A stretch of 64,000 bases of DNA. It comes from an uncultured Chloroflexia bacterium (GTDB taxonomy: Bacteria > Chloroflexota > Limnocylindria > Limnocylindrales > CSP1-4). A model generated the notes under the pieces. The model was given only the letters and a program-made list of their open reading frames with translations, made no database searches and was not told the DNA's origin. Each line of letters starts with the position of its first letter. Position 1 is the first letter of the stretch. Where the stretch lies: positions 52,952-116,951 of the forward strand of contig CAWJHK010000011.1 of assembly GCA_963842695.1 (NCBI GenBank), read 5' to 3'. The translations under genes were made by a program, and so were the position numbers. Shown piece after piece: positions 42,224 to 53,598 of the stretch.

Positions 42224-44346
42224 TCAGGAGTGGCCGGGGTCGTCGGCGCCGGACCTGGGCACGCCCGCATCGCCCGGATCCATGGTCGGGTGCCGGCCGA
42301 AGTGGCCGCCGTCGAGCGTGGCGACGCGGCCGCGGAGACCGTCACGCACGACCCGCCGGGCGACGTCGGCGACACGCTCGGTGGTGAACCCGAAGTGCTC
42401 GAAGATCGTCCCGGCCGGTGCCGAAGCGCCGAAGTGGTCGAGCCCGACGATCGCGCCCTCGTCACCGACCCAGCGCTCCCAGCCCAGCGATACGCCGACC
42501 TCCACGCTGACGCGCTTGCGGACGGCCGGCGGCAGCACCGAGTCGCGATACGCCTGGTCCTGCTCGTCGAACCGCTCCCAGCAGGGGAGCGACACGACGC
42601 GTGTCCGGATCCCGTCCGCTTCGAGGAGATCGGCCGCGGCGAATGCCAGCTGGAGCTCGGAGCCGGTCCCGATCAGGATGAGCTCGGGGTCGCCGCCCGT
42701 CGCCTCCCGAAGGATGTAACCGCCGCGCTTGACCCCCTCGCGCGCCAGTCGGTCCGTGCCGGCCAGGGTGGGGAGCTTCTGCCGGGTCAGGGCGAGCGCC
42801 ACCGGGCCGTCGGTCCGTTCGATCGCCATCGCCCAGGCGGCGACCGTCTCGTTCGCGTCGCCCGGCCGGACGAACCAGAGGTTGGGGATCGCCCGCAGTG
42901 CGGCGTAGTGCTCGACCGGCTGATGCGTCGGGCCGTCCTCGCCGAGACCGACCGAATCGTGCGTCCAGACGTACACGACATGGAGCCCGGTCAGGGCCGC
43001 CAGCCGGACGGAGCCGCGCATGTAGTCGCTGAAGGTCAGGAACGTTGCGACGTAGGGGATGAAGCCGCGATGCAGGGCGATGCCGTTGGCGATGCCGCCC
43101 ATGCCGTGCTCGCGAACGCCGAAGCGGAGATTGCGGCCCGCCTCACCGGCGCTGAAGTCGGGCTCCCCTTTGATGTCGGTCAGGTTCGATTCGGAGAGGT
43201 CGGCCGCTCCGCCGAACAGCTCCGGCAGCCGCGGCGCGAGGGCGGCGATCGCCTCCTGGCTGGCGTTCCTGGTCGCCAGCTCCTTGCCGGTCTCGTAGGT
43301 CGCCAGGCCGCCATCCCAGCCGGCCGGGCAGCCCCCCGTCGCTCTGCCGGCGCCGGATGCTCCGCCGCGGCTTCCGGGTACGCCCCGCGATACCGTTCCC
43401 AGGCCGCCTCCCATCCGTCGACCAGCTCCTCGCCCCGGGCGATCGCCTCGCGGAACCGTTCGGCGGCCTCCGGTGGGACGTAGAACGTCTTGTCCGGGTC
43501 CCAGCCGTAGGCCTCTTTGGTCAGCCGGACCTCGTCCGGACCGAGCGGTGCGCCATGGGCCTTCTGGCTGTCCTGCTTGTTCGGGCTGCCGAACCCGATG
43601 TGGGTGCGCACCGCGATCAGGCTGGGTCGGGGATCCGCATTGGCGGCCGCGACGGCCGCCTCGATCGCCGACAGGTCGTTGCCGTCCTCGACCCGCTGGG
43701 TGTGCCAGCGATACGCCTCGAAGCGGGCCGGGACGTCCTCGGAGAAGGCCATCGCCGTCGGCCCGTCGAGCTGGATGTGGTTGTCGTCGTACAGCACGAC
43801 CAGCTTGCCCAGCTGGAGGTGGCCGGCGAGGCTGGCCGCCTCCGACGCGATGCCCTCCTGCATGTCGCCGTCGGAGGCGATGACATACGTGCGATGGTCG
43901 ACGATGTCGTGGCCGGGCCGGTTGAACTCGGCTGCCAGCCGCCGCTCGGCGATGGCCATCCCGACCGCGTTGGCGAAGCCCTGGCCGAGCGGGCCGGTCG
44001 TGGCCTCCACGCCCGGGGTGAGGCCGTGCTCCGGGTGGCCCGGCGTCCTGCTGCCCCACTGGCGGAACGACCGAAGGTCGTCGAGCGAGACGTCGTACCC
44101 GGTCAGGTGGAGGAGCGAGTAGAGCAGCATGCTGGCGTGCCCGGCGCTCAGGACGAACCGGTCGCGGTCGACCCAGTCCGGGCGGGTCGGCGCGTGCCGG
44201 AGGAACCGCGTCCATACGCACGTAGGCCATCGGCGCCGCGCCCATCGGCGCGCCCGGATGCCCGGAGTTGGCCTGCTGGACGGCGTCGATCGAGAGCGTC
44301 CGGATGGTGTCGATGGCGAGCCGGTCGAGATCGGTGGCGACGCTCA
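42224..44346 (-). CDS. tkt: transketolase, at least 2 homopolymer frameshifts
   Basis: [43 protein letters not shown]|[40 protein letters not shown]...; middle and C-terminal thirds found in two further frames. A CCCCCC run lies at about 43333. Confidence 0.85.
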
Positions 44347-44420
44347 TCGGGATGGGCTCCCTGTGCTTCGACGGGTCCGTTGGGGCGTCGGGCCATTGTA
44401 CCGAGCACCCCGGGACACAC

Positions 44421-44451
44421 GGAACGACCGGCGACTGGCGCCGGCCGTTCC
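44421..44451 (-). terminator. strong GC hairpin (13-bp stem, 5-nt loop) between the sialidase-like gene end and the tkt start
   Basis: GGAACGACCGGCG-ACTGG-CGCCGGCCGTTCC, 12/13 complementary; no U tract. Confidence 0.35.
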
Positions 44452-44484
44452 AGGTCCCGGGAGAGCGCCGCGACGGCGCCGCGG

Positions 44485-46135
44485 TCAGGGGTTGCCGGCA
44501 GCCGTCCGCACGTATAGCCGATAGTTGCCGGTCGACAAGGTCCAGCCGTTCCAGACGATGGCTCGACGTCCCGCGGTCGGCCACACGATGGCCGGGGCGT
44601 CGTTGACCCGCGAGGCCAGCGATCCGCTCGACGGGCCGACGACCTGGGTCCCGAACCAGGTCAGGCCTTCGGTCGCCGACTCGGCCCAGACGAGGTCCGT
44701 CCGAAAGTTGTTCCCGGTGACGCAGTCCTGCCAGCAGGCGGTCCAGGCCACACCGACGCGTGCCGAGCTGTTGAGGGCGATGGCCACGCCGTAGCCGCGG
44801 ACGTATGGCTTGCCGTTGGCAGGCGGATGGAGCGTCGCGAGACCGCTCCACGATCCTCCGAAGCGGGTCCGGAGCGCGACTCCGTCACTCGTGGGCCAGG
44901 CGACCGCGACGCGGCCACCGAGGGCCGCGGTCGCGGGGGCGCCACGGGCGCCCTGCGCCAGGGTCCCGGGCGTCTGCCAGGTCGACCCGGAGTTGCTCGA
45001 TTCCCGCGCCTTGATGTCCCCGGCCCCGTTCGACACCCAGGCGACGATGACGTTCGAGCCGCTGACGGCGATCGACGGGATCCCGTTCCGGCCACTGCTC
45101 GAGCCCCGTGTCGTCGAACCCAGGGTCACGGCATGCCAGGTCGATCCGTGATCGCGGCTGATCTTGAGCCTGATGGAGCCCGTATTGGCGTCGGTGTAGG
45201 CGACATAGACATTCCCGCCGGAGGCCGCCACGTCCGGAGTCGACACCCGTCCGGTCGCCGACGTGAGGCGCTTGACGCTTCGCCAGCTCCCGGAGCCATG
45301 GTGGGCGTTCACGCGGATATAGAGGGCGCGGGGCGCGCTGGGGCTGTAGTGGATGTACTTCGTCTGGCTGATCCAGGCCCCGTAGACGTACCGTCCGCTC
45401 GCGGCGATGACCGCCTGGTCACCGTGCTGACGCGCCGGGTTGAGCCTGACCCGGCTCGACCAGGTGGCCCCGGTCGCGCTCGAGCTGCGGATGTAGTAGA
45501 CGCCCAGGTAAGGACCGTGGTCCGTGACGTTCTTTCCGCCCACACGATTGGTCGTGTACACGGCGTGCAGATAGGCGGCCGAGCTCGTCGTCGTCCGCGC
45601 GAGCTCGGACCCGTAGGACCAGGTCCGGCTCGCGCCGGCGGGATGCGTGGTCCCCCAGCTCACGGCGGACGCGGCCTGACCGGTTCCGTCGAGTCCGGAG
45701 GAGCCGATGATCGCCGGCGTCGCGTCCGACAACGCGACGCTGGCTTCGCGGCCGCCGGGCGCTCCCGGCGTGAAGGTGACGTCGACCTGGCACGTGGCAC
45801 CCGCGGCGATGGCGTTGCCGGTGCAGGTGTCGGCCGTGATGTCGAAGTCGGCCGCGTCCAGGCCGGACAGGGCGATCGACTGCACGGTCAGCGGTCCCGC
45901 GGTGATGTTGAGGAACGAGATGGACCGTGCGGGCTGGTCGACCCGACGGTCCATCCGCCGAAATTCGAAGGCTCGTCGGGCTTTGGAGGAACGGAAGGGC
46001 TGTGTCCGCGAGGCCGGCTGGTGACGGATCGGCCGGCGGCCGGTCGCCCGCGGCAGCGGGCAGGACGGATGCCGGGATCATCAGCGCGAGGGCAAGCCAG
46101 ATGGCCGCCCAGCGCCAGGCTCTCGTGCGGGTCAT
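44485..46135 (-). CDS. secreted BNR/Asp-box repeat protein (sialidase/glycosidase-like beta-propeller) with an N-terminal choice-of-anchor-like domain; frameshift near 45960
   Basis: Signal peptide MTRTRAWRWAAIWLALALMIPASVLPAAA. Asp-box motifs SSATGATW, SRDHGSTW and SNSGSTW. Confidence 0.6.
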
Positions 46136-46287
46136 GGAGACCTCCAGTCGTCCGGCTGCCGAGCGTCCGCCTTGGTTCGGCTCTCGCCGGGGATACGCGG
46201 TACTGACGGTCTTGCAGGAGTTCTGTTACATCACCGCGTCCGGAGGACCCGGTTGCGCGAACCTCGCGCGACGACGACGATCGGAGG

Positions 46288-47286
46288 CATGCCGAGCCTG
46301 CGCCCCCATCGCCCGCGCCCGCCCCGGCGGCCCCGTCGTCCGGGGACCGGTCCCCGTCAGGCCGACCGCCTTCGTGTCGTGGTCGTCGGCGACCTGATGC
46401 TCGACGTCGTCCTCGCCCCGACCCGCCCGCTCGAGTCCGGGACGGACGTTCCGGGCCGGATCGCGCTGACCCAGGGTGGCTCGGCGGCGACGACCGCGCG
46501 CTGGCTGGCCCGGCTCGGTGCCCGGTCGAGCCTGGTCGCGGCAGTCGGACGCGATGCCGCGGGACGCGCGCTTGTCGAGGCGATCCGAGTCGGACGGCGT
46601 GACCGCCCGGGTCGTCCGCATCGCGGGTGGCCGCACGGGCCGCATCGGCGTGCTCGTCGATCCGGACGGCGAGCGCAGCTTCGTGGCCGATCGCGGGGCG
46701 GCCGATCTCCTCGGTCCTGCCGATCTCAAGACGGACTGGTTCGCCGACGCGGAGGTCGTGCATCTGCCGGCCTATTCGCTGCTCGGCCGCCCGCTCGGCA
46801 CGGCCGGACGACGATCGATCGAGCTGGCACGGGCGGCCGGCGCTGCGGTCAGCCTCGACCTCGCCTCGACCGGGCCGCTGCTCGCCGAGGGCCGGGCGAC
46901 CGCGATCGAGCTGGTTCGCTCGATCCAGCCCGACTTCCTGTTCACGACGGCCGCCGAGGCCGACCGCCCTCCTCGGCGCACGGCCGGCAGACCGCCTGCT
47001 GGACCTCGCCCGGACCGCGATCATCAAGCGCGGAGCCAAGGGCGCGACCGTGCTGACCCGGTCGGACGCGGGGAACCTGCGTTTCGAGGTCGCGACCAAG
47101 CGCCTTCCGGCGACCGACACGACGGGGGCCGGCGACGCGTTCGACGCCGGGTTCCTCGTCGCCTGGCACGCGGCACGAGCCGCCGGCCACGCGCCGCCCG
47201 CAGCGCTGCAGCGCGGAGCGTTGGGTGGTCATCGGGCGGCTGCGCGGCAGATCTCGAGCGAGCGACCGGAGCTGTCGTTCGGCTGA
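46288..47286 (+). CDS. PfkB-family carbohydrate kinase (probable pseudouridine kinase), 2 frameshifts
   Basis: RVVVVGDLMLDVVL...; ...RIGVLVDPDGERSF...; C-terminal ...TTGAGDAFDAGFL (PfkB anion-hole motif). Immediately upstream of psuG. Confidence 0.65.
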
Positions 47287-47371
47287 CCCGCCGGCGGCGG
47301 CGCGTGGCGAGGACGCGCGCCCGTCCTGGAGCGGAGCCCACGCCTTGGAGACCGCTACGCTACGGCGACCG

Positions 47372-48319
47372 ATGCTTTCCCAGCGACTCGACGTCAGCCC
47401 CGCGGTCGCGGCCGCCCTCGCCGGCGGCCGGCCCGTCGTCGCCCTCGAATCGACCCTCATCAGCCACGGCCTGCCGTACCCGGCCAACCTCGAGGTCGCG
47501 ACCGCGTCGGAGGCGGCCGTCCGTGACGCCGGGGCCGAGCCCGCGACCGTGGCGATCCACGACGGACGCCTGCTCGTCGGGCTCGATGAGGCTCAGCTCC
47601 GGGCATTGGCGACCGCACCGCCCGGGTCCGTCCGGAAGGCCGCGCGGCCGAGCCTGGCCGCGGCGCTCGCCGGCGGCGGCTGGGCGGCGACGACCGTCTC
47701 CGCGACGATGATCGCCGCCGCCGCGGCCGGGATCCGCGTGTTCGCCACGGGCGGGATCGGCGGCGTCCACCGTGGAGCGCTCGCACCCGGCTCGAGCGAG
47801 GCAGCGCCGACGTTCGACATCTCGTCCGATCTCGAGGAGCTCGGTCGGACGCCGATGGCCGTCGTGTGCGCCGGCCCCAAGGCGATCCTCGACGTTCCGG
47901 CGACCCTCGAATACCTCGAGACCCGGGGGGTCCCCGTCCTGGCCGTCGGCCAGGCGGAGCTGCCCGGGTTCTACGCCCGCTCGGCGGGGATCACCGCGCC
48001 GGCCTCGGCACCGGATCTCGATGCGGCCGCGGCGGTCGTGGCCACGCATCTCGATCTCGGGCTCGGGACCGCGATCCTCGTGTGCGTTCCTGTCCCCGCT
48101 CCGGACGCCCTCCCCGAGGCGGAGGCCCGCGCCGCGGTCGACCGGGCGATCGCCGAGGCAGCGGCGGAACACGTGACAGGCCCTGCGCTGACGCCGTGGC
48201 TCCTCGCGCGGATCGCGGTGCTGACCGATGGCGCGTCCGTTCGCGCCAATACCGCGCTCATCGTCAACGATGCGCGGATGGCCGCCGGGCTCGCCGTCCG
48301 CCTCGGCCGAATGCCGTAG
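47372..48319 (+). CDS. psuG: pseudouridine-5'-phosphate glycosidase
   Basis: Intact 315 aa; ...VVALESTLISHGLPYPANLE...VFATGGIGGVHRGA... Confidence 0.8.
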   Translation: MLSQRLDVSPAVAAALAGGRPVVALESTLISHGLPYPANLEVATASEAAVRDAGAEPATVAIHDGRLLVGLDEAQLRALATAPPGSVRKAARPSLAAALAGGGWAATTVSATMIAAAAAGIRVFATGGIGGVHRGALAPGSSEAAPTFDISSDLEELGRTPMAVVCAGPKAILDVPATLEYLETRGVPVLAVGQAELPGFYARSAGITAPASAPDLDAAAAVVATHLDLGLGTAILVCVPVPAPDALPEAEARAAVDRAIAEAAAEHVTGPALTPWLLARIAVLTDGASVRANTALIVNDARMAAGLAVRLGRMP

Positions 48320-48427
48320 ACGAGGCGCACCGGGGTAGCCGCAGTTCCCTTTACGCCCCAACAGGGGCTCGCTACACTCGGCCGTGACCCGTCCGGCGGG
48401 TCCTCACCCCGGGGAGGGACCGACCGC

Positions 48428-48952
48428 ATGCGGATCTACGAGGGCAGCGCCCGCCAGGACTTCGAGGAGGTCTTCCGCTCCATCGGAGCGTTCCTCGACC
48501 AGCGTGGCATGAAGGACGTCCTGCTGCTCGAGGCGCCCGACGGGTTCATCGTCCAGGGGCTCGTCAACACGGGTAGCGCGTCGGGGACCTGGTCGGAGTC
48601 GGTCGGGACGCAGACCAAGGAGACGCTCACCTTCCTCGACGACGACATCGCCCGGTTCATGGAGGAAGCCTCGGCGCGCCGAGGGAGCGGGCTCAGCGCC
48701 GGCTCCGGCGGCGGGCACTACGAGACCGCGTTCCGCGTCATCGGGCGCTACATGGACGACCAGAAGCCCCGGGATGTCTTCTTCTTCGAGCAGGACGGCG
48801 CCTTCGTCCTGCGCCTGCTGATGAGCGGTCAGGCGGGCAACCGGCACGAGCTGGCCGAGTTCACCCGGGACGACATCACCGAGCTGGTGGCGCGAGGCCC
48901 GAGCCTCCGCCACACTGAGGCATCCGCGGAGCACGCCGAACAGCCGAGCTGA
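48428..48952 (+). CDS. hypothetical protein (174 aa) with an internal tandem duplication of a small domain
   Basis: Intact; GGGAGG RBS; repeat units FIVQGLVNTG...ETLTFLDDDIARFMEEA and FVLRLLMSGQAG...EFTRDDITELVARG. No family recognised. Confidence 0.5.
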   Translation: MRIYEGSARQDFEEVFRSIGAFLDQRGMKDVLLLEAPDGFIVQGLVNTGSASGTWSESVGTQTKETLTFLDDDIARFMEEASARRGSGLSAGSGGGHYETAFRVIGRYMDDQKPRDVFFFEQDGAFVLRLLMSGQAGNRHELAEFTRDDITELVARGPSLRHTEASAEHAEQPS

Positions 48953-48993
48953 AACCCGGCTCGGATCGCAGCCATCGAACCAGGAGGTCGACC

Positions 48994-49149
48994 ATGAAGG
49001 CTCTCAAGACCGTCGCCGTGGCACTGGGCATCACGCTCGCTGCCCTGATCGTCATCCCGCTCGCCGTCCTGGCCGGCCTGTTCGTCTGGCTGAAGGTCAC
49101 CGAGGAGGATGACGAGGAGCTCCTCGAGCTGGACCAGGACGGCGCCTGA
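48994..49149 (+). CDS. small single-TM membrane protein (51 aa), not in the ORF track
   Basis: AGGAGG 7 nt upstream of the ATG. MKALKTVAVALGITLAALIVIPLAVLAGLFVWLKVTEEDDEELLELDQDGA. Followed by a perfect 10-bp GC hairpin. Confidence 0.45.
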   Translation: MKALKTVAVALGITLAALIVIPLAVLAGLFVWLKVTEEDDEELLELDQDGA

Positions 49150-49180
49150 TCGACCCACCCACGTCGATCGACGCGAACGA

Positions 49181-49205
49181 GACGCCCGCCGGCCAGGCGG
49201 GCGTC
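49181..49205 (+). terminator. GC hairpin GACGCCCGCC-GGCCA-GGCGGGCGTC after the small membrane ORF
   Basis: Perfect 10-bp stem; no U tract. Confidence 0.4.
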
Positions 49206-49321
49206 GAAGTGTCCGGGCGCGACCAGCCCGTGGCCGATCAACCCGCTGACGCCGCCGTGACGCCGCCGCAGCCGCCGCACTCCGCGATCGCCGCCTCGCC
49301 GAGCTGGGCGTCCTCATCATC

Positions 49322-50201
49322 ATGGTGTTCTGGGCGGGCAACTTCATCGTCGTCAAGGGCGCGATCGGCATCCTCCCGCCGGTCGGCTTCACGTTCCTCC
49401 GCTACCTCGTGGCCGCTGCGACGCTGGTCGCCCTGCTCCGCTGGCGCGAGGGATCGATCAAGGTCCCGCACGGCGACCTGCTCAAGATCCTCGGCCTCGG
49501 GGTCATCGGCTTCGGCTGCTACCAGATCCTGTGGCCGGTCGCGCTCCAGTCCATCCCGGCCGGCGATTCGGCCCTGTTGATCGCGGCGACGCCGGTGATC
49601 ACCGCGCTGCTGGCGATGGCCACCGGGCGCGGACCGCCCGAACGCCGTGAAGCTGATCGGTGCGTTCGTGTCGTTCGCCGGCGTGGCGCTGGTCATCGCC
49701 GCGGGCCAGGGCATCGCGCTCGGCGTGTCGCTGCTCGGCGACCTGCTGACGCTCGTGGCGGCCGCGTGCTGGGCCGTCTACACCGTGTTCGGGGCGACGA
49801 TCCTCCGTCGTCACTCGCCGCTGGTGACGACGACCTGGGCGATCCTCGCCGGCACCGCGGTGATCGCCCCGATCGGGATCGCCCAGCTGGCAACGACCGA
49901 CCTCGCCACGGTGGCCCCGATCGTGATCCTCGCGATCATCTATTCGGGCACGCTCTCGGCCGGCGTCGCCAATGTCGTCATCTTCCATGCGGTCAAGCTC
50001 CTCGGTCCGACTCGCGTGACCGCGCTGCAGTTCCTCATCCCGCCGCTCGCCGTGGTGATGGCGGCGATCTTCCTGGCCGAACCGATCCGCCCGATCCAGG
50101 TCGTCGGCGGGGCGATCATCCTGGCCGGTGTCGCCCTGCTCCGCCGCGGATCCTGGCCGAGCCGACGAGCGGTCCGCGCCCTGGTCGGTCGCTCCGCGTG
50201 A
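49322..50201 (+). CDS. EamA/DMT-family transporter, one frameshift near 49640
   Basis: MVFWAGNFIVVKGAIGILPPVGFTFLRYLVAA... and ...AVKLLGPTRVTALQFLIPPLAVVMAAIFLAEP... (two EamA repeats). Confidence 0.65.
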
Positions 50202-50950
50202 CGGCCCCGCGCGATCCGGGCGCGCCGGACAACCTGCCCGCTCCGGGCGCACCGGCGCCACCGGTCGAGCCGCTTCGCCCCGGTGAGCCGCCGCTGGCGA
50301 TCCTCGTCGACTACGACGGGACCGTGGCCCTGACCGACGTCTCGGACACGGTGATGGCCGAACACGCACCCGCGATCTGGGAAGCCGAGGCGGCCGCCTA
50401 CGACGCCGGGTTGATGGGCTCGCGCCGGCTCATGGAGCGTGAGATCGCGATGTTCGACGCCCCGCAGGAGGCGCTCCTGGCGACGGCCGCCGCGCAGCCG
50501 CACGATCCGGGCTTCGTGCCGTTCGTCCGCCACGCGCAGGCGGCCGGGATCCTCGTCGAGGTCGTGTCCGACGGCTTCGGCTTCTTCATCCAGCCGGCCC
50601 TCGAGGCGCTCGGAGTGGGGGAGCTGCCCGTCGTCACGGCACGGACGACGTTCGAAGGCCCGAAGGCCTCGATCGCCTTTCCGAACGGCAATCCGTCGTG
50701 CCTCGTGTGCGGGACATGCAAGCGGGATCGTGTCCTCGCCCACAAGGCCGCCGGCCGCGCCGTCGTCTTCATCGGCGATGGCGAGAGCGATCGCTATGCG
50801 GCCGGGTACAGCGACGTCGTCTGGGCCAAGCGGGCGCTCATCCCCATCTGCGTCGAGGCCGGCTGGCCGTTCCGGCGCTGGACGGAGTTCGCCGAGATCG
50901 ATGCATGGCTGGCGGAGACGGTCGACGGCCTGGCAACGCGATCCCGTGAC
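50199..50950 (+). CDS. HAD-superfamily phosphatase, MtnX-like; 3' end uncertain because the ORF runs on without a stop
   Basis: LAILVDYDGTV (HAD motif I), ...VVSDGFGFFI..., CLVCGTCKRD and FIGDGESD (motif IV). Confidence 0.55.
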
Positions 50951-51095
50951 CCTGTCCGCGCCGCAAGCTCGGCCCGTTCTTCTGCGGCTCGGAAGTCTGG
51001 GGCGAAGGGCTGGCCGACCCACCACCGGGAGCGTGGCCACCTCCGCGCTGACATCGGTGTGGGACACTTCGCCACCCTCATCGCATCCATAGGGC

Positions 51096-51641
51096 ATGGT
51101 GGGCGAGCTCACAGCCTCGAGCGTGATCCCGGCGTCGACGGTGGCTGCCGCGGCAGCAGGCGACGCCGCGGCATTCGCACGGATCGTTCGAGCCCACCAC
51201 GACGACATGGCGAGGGTCTGCCTCGTGGTCTGCGGGGATCCAGATGTCGCCCAGGACGCGGCGCAGGCCGCCTGGCCGATCGCCTGGCGAAAGCTCGATG
51301 CGCTTCGTGAGCCGGCACGGCTCCGGCCGTGGCTGATCGCCATCGCCGCCAACGAGGCTCGCCAGATCCTCCGCCGCCAGCGTCGCGAGCGGATCGTGGA
51401 GATCGAGGTCGCCGACGTCGGGTCCGACCAGGCGGATCCCGCCGCGCGCCCCGCCGTGACTGACCTCGTTCACGCCGTGCGGCGGCTGCCCGCCGACGAT
51501 CGGACGCTCCTGGCCCTTCGGTATGTCGCCGGGTTCGACGCCACCGAGATCGGCCGGGCGCTCGACATGTCGCCGTCGGGGGTCCGATCGCGCCTGGCTC
51601 GGCTCGTAGTGCGCTTGCGAACGGAGCTCGGTGATGAGTGA
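51096..51641 (+). CDS. ECF (group IV) RNA polymerase sigma factor
   Basis: Intact 181 aa; sigma-2 region ...FARIVRAHHDDMARVCLVVCGD...; sigma-4 LPADDRTLLALRYVAGFDATEIGRALDMSPSGVRSRLARL. Confidence 0.8.
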   Translation: MVGELTASSVIPASTVAAAAAGDAAAFARIVRAHHDDMARVCLVVCGDPDVAQDAAQAAWPIAWRKLDALREPARLRPWLIAIAANEARQILRRQRRERIVEIEVADVGSDQADPAARPAVTDLVHAVRRLPADDRTLLALRYVAGFDATEIGRALDMSPSGVRSRLARLVVRLRTELGDE

Positions 51642-52824
51642 GCAGCAGTTCGACAGCCGCCTGACCCGCGAGCTGGGAGCCTACGCGGACTCGGCCGTCC
51701 GACCTGTCGACGTCGATCGGTTGGTCGACATCTCGGTACGGCGGAAGCGCACCCGATTCGGACCACGAAGCCCGTACGCGTGGCTGGCGGCGGCTGCCCT
51801 GGTCACGCTGCTGCTCCTGGCCGTGCTCTTCGCGATCGGCCCCGGCTCGACCCGTTTCCTCGCATCGGTCGAGCCGTCTCCGAGCCCTCCGGCCGAGCCC
51901 CCGACCGCCATCCCCGATCTCACGGGCTCGACCTGGCTGACCGACCAGCCGGCGAGGCAGTCGTTCGAAGGAGAGGCCGGGCAGCGGCGCCTGACCCTCG
52001 CCTTCGGTTCGGGTGGCACTGTCTCCGTGCGGACGACAGCCTTCCCGTTCTTCCCATCGACCGTCACGATCGCCGCCGACGTCCTGTCGCTGACGTCGAC
52101 AGCGCCCGGTAGCAGCGTCGTCTCCGACGGCCGCAACCTCGCCGGTTGTGCGACGGGCGACGTCGGCCAGTTCCGCGCATCGACGTCACCCGACAGGATG
52201 CTGCTGACGCTCGTGCCGATCCATGACGCCTGTGTCGCCCGACCGGTGGTGCTGGGCCGGACGTGGGCACGCTCCCTGACCGCAGAGAGTCTCGGGGGAC
52301 CCGGCATCGTCAATGCCTTCGAGCCGCGATTCGCTGTCACGCTTCCGGCGGGTCCCTTCTCGGCGGCCCGGACCTCCGACGCCGTGGAGATCACCGCCGC
52401 GGATGGGAGCGTGAGCCTTCTCGCGTGGAAGGACCCCCAGGGCTTCAAGGACCCGTGCGACTTCGGAGCCGGGCGATACGAGGTCGCCCCGGGGGCCGAC
52501 GCTTTCGTCGCCTACTTCCGCCAGAACCCGGCATTCACCGTCGTCTCGACCGAGGAGCTCGAGATCGACGGGCACCGGGCGGTTCGCCTTGTCATCGACG
52601 CGAGGACCGACCACCCGTGCCCGGCCGGGTTCGCGATCCAATGGCAGCCCAGGGCCGAGACGTCGGACCTGAGCTGGCACCTCCTTCCGGGGGACCGCGA
52701 TTCGCTGTATCTCGTCGAGCTCCCCGACGTGACGGCGATGTTCGAGGTCCTGCCGCTCCAGCCGACCGAGCGATCGATCATCGACTCGATCACGTTCCCG
52801 GACACCGTCCCGCCGTCACCCTGA
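51631..52824 (+). CDS. putative anti-sigma factor (single-pass membrane protein with a large extracytoplasmic domain)
   Basis: Start overlaps the sigma-factor stop. N-terminal cytoplasmic segment, then TM AWLAAAALVTLLLLAVLFAI, then a ~310-aa periplasmic domain. Confidence 0.55.
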   Translation: MMSEQQFDSRLTRELGAYADSAVRPVDVDRLVDISVRRKRTRFGPRSPYAWLAAAALVTLLLLAVLFAIGPGSTRFLASVEPSPSPPAEPPTAIPDLTGSTWLTDQPARQSFEGEAGQRRLTLAFGSGGTVSVRTTAFPFFPSTVTIAADVLSLTSTAPGSSVVSDGRNLAGCATGDVGQFRASTSPDRMLLTLVPIHDACVARPVVLGRTWARSLTAESLGGPGIVNAFEPRFAVTLPAGPFSAARTSDAVEITAADGSVSLLAWKDPQGFKDPCDFGAGRYEVAPGADAFVAYFRQNPAFTVVSTEELEIDGHRAVRLVIDARTDHPCPAGFAIQWQPRAETSDLSWHLLPGDRDSLYLVELPDVTAMFEVLPLQPTERSIIDSITFPDTVPPSP

Positions 52825-52844
52825 CCGACCCAAGGAGAACCTCC

Positions 52845-53468
52845 ATGCAGCCAAGGCTTGTTCGGATCGTGCCCGCGACGGTCGCGGCCCTTCTGTTCGC
52901 CGCCCTCGGCGTGGTGCCGGCCGCTGCCGGTGTGCCCGTGTCGACCACGCTCAATCCGCCCCCTCCGGACACCTATGCCTGCGTGCCGAACGGCGACGGG
53001 ACGGTGTGCCATGCCCTGACGTCGGATCCCTATGGACCGGCGCCGAGCGGGATCGAGTGCGACTCCGCAGCCGGGCCCTTCGAGGTGATGGACCAGGCCG
53101 TCCACGTGGTCGATGCAACGCGGTGGTACGACCGCGACGGCAACCTCGTGAAGCGCGTCCGTGACCATCGGTTCCTCGATGCGCGGCTGAGCCACCCGAC
53201 CAATGGGCGGGGGGTCGCCTACCGCCAGCACGACATCGACACGGATCTCTTGACGGTGCCAGGCGATCTCGATTCGGCGGTCTTCCATTCAGTCGGCTCG
53301 ATGGTGGCCACCGTCCCCGGCATGGGTGCAGTCGTCGTCGAGAAGGGCCGGGTCGAGGTCGGAAGCGACGGCACGCTCGAAAAGTCGACGGGTCGGCGCG
53401 ATTTCAGCCGGTACTTCGACGGCGATCCGGCGGCCCTTGCCGGCCTGTGCGCCGCACTTGCGGGCTGA
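52845..53468 (+). CDS. secreted hypothetical protein (207 aa, signal peptide, several Cys)
   Basis: AAGGAG RBS; MQPRLVRIVPATVAALLFAALGVVPAAAG; followed by an 11-bp-stem hairpin (53492..53535). Confidence 0.5.
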   Translation: MQPRLVRIVPATVAALLFAALGVVPAAAGVPVSTTLNPPPPDTYACVPNGDGTVCHALTSDPYGPAPSGIECDSAAGPFEVMDQAVHVVDATRWYDRDGNLVKRVRDHRFLDARLSHPTNGRGVAYRQHDIDTDLLTVPGDLDSAVFHSVGSMVATVPGMGAVVVEKGRVEVGSDGTLEKSTGRRDFSRYFDGDPAALAGLCAALAG

Positions 53469-53598
53469 CGCCCGACCGACGGATCCGCACGGCTGCCCGG
53501 CTCGCGACTCACCGCATCGTTCGGCCGGGCAGCCGATCCAGCTGATCGTGAACGTTTGTCCCCTGGCCGGCGCCGTTGATAGCACCACCCGAGGACGC

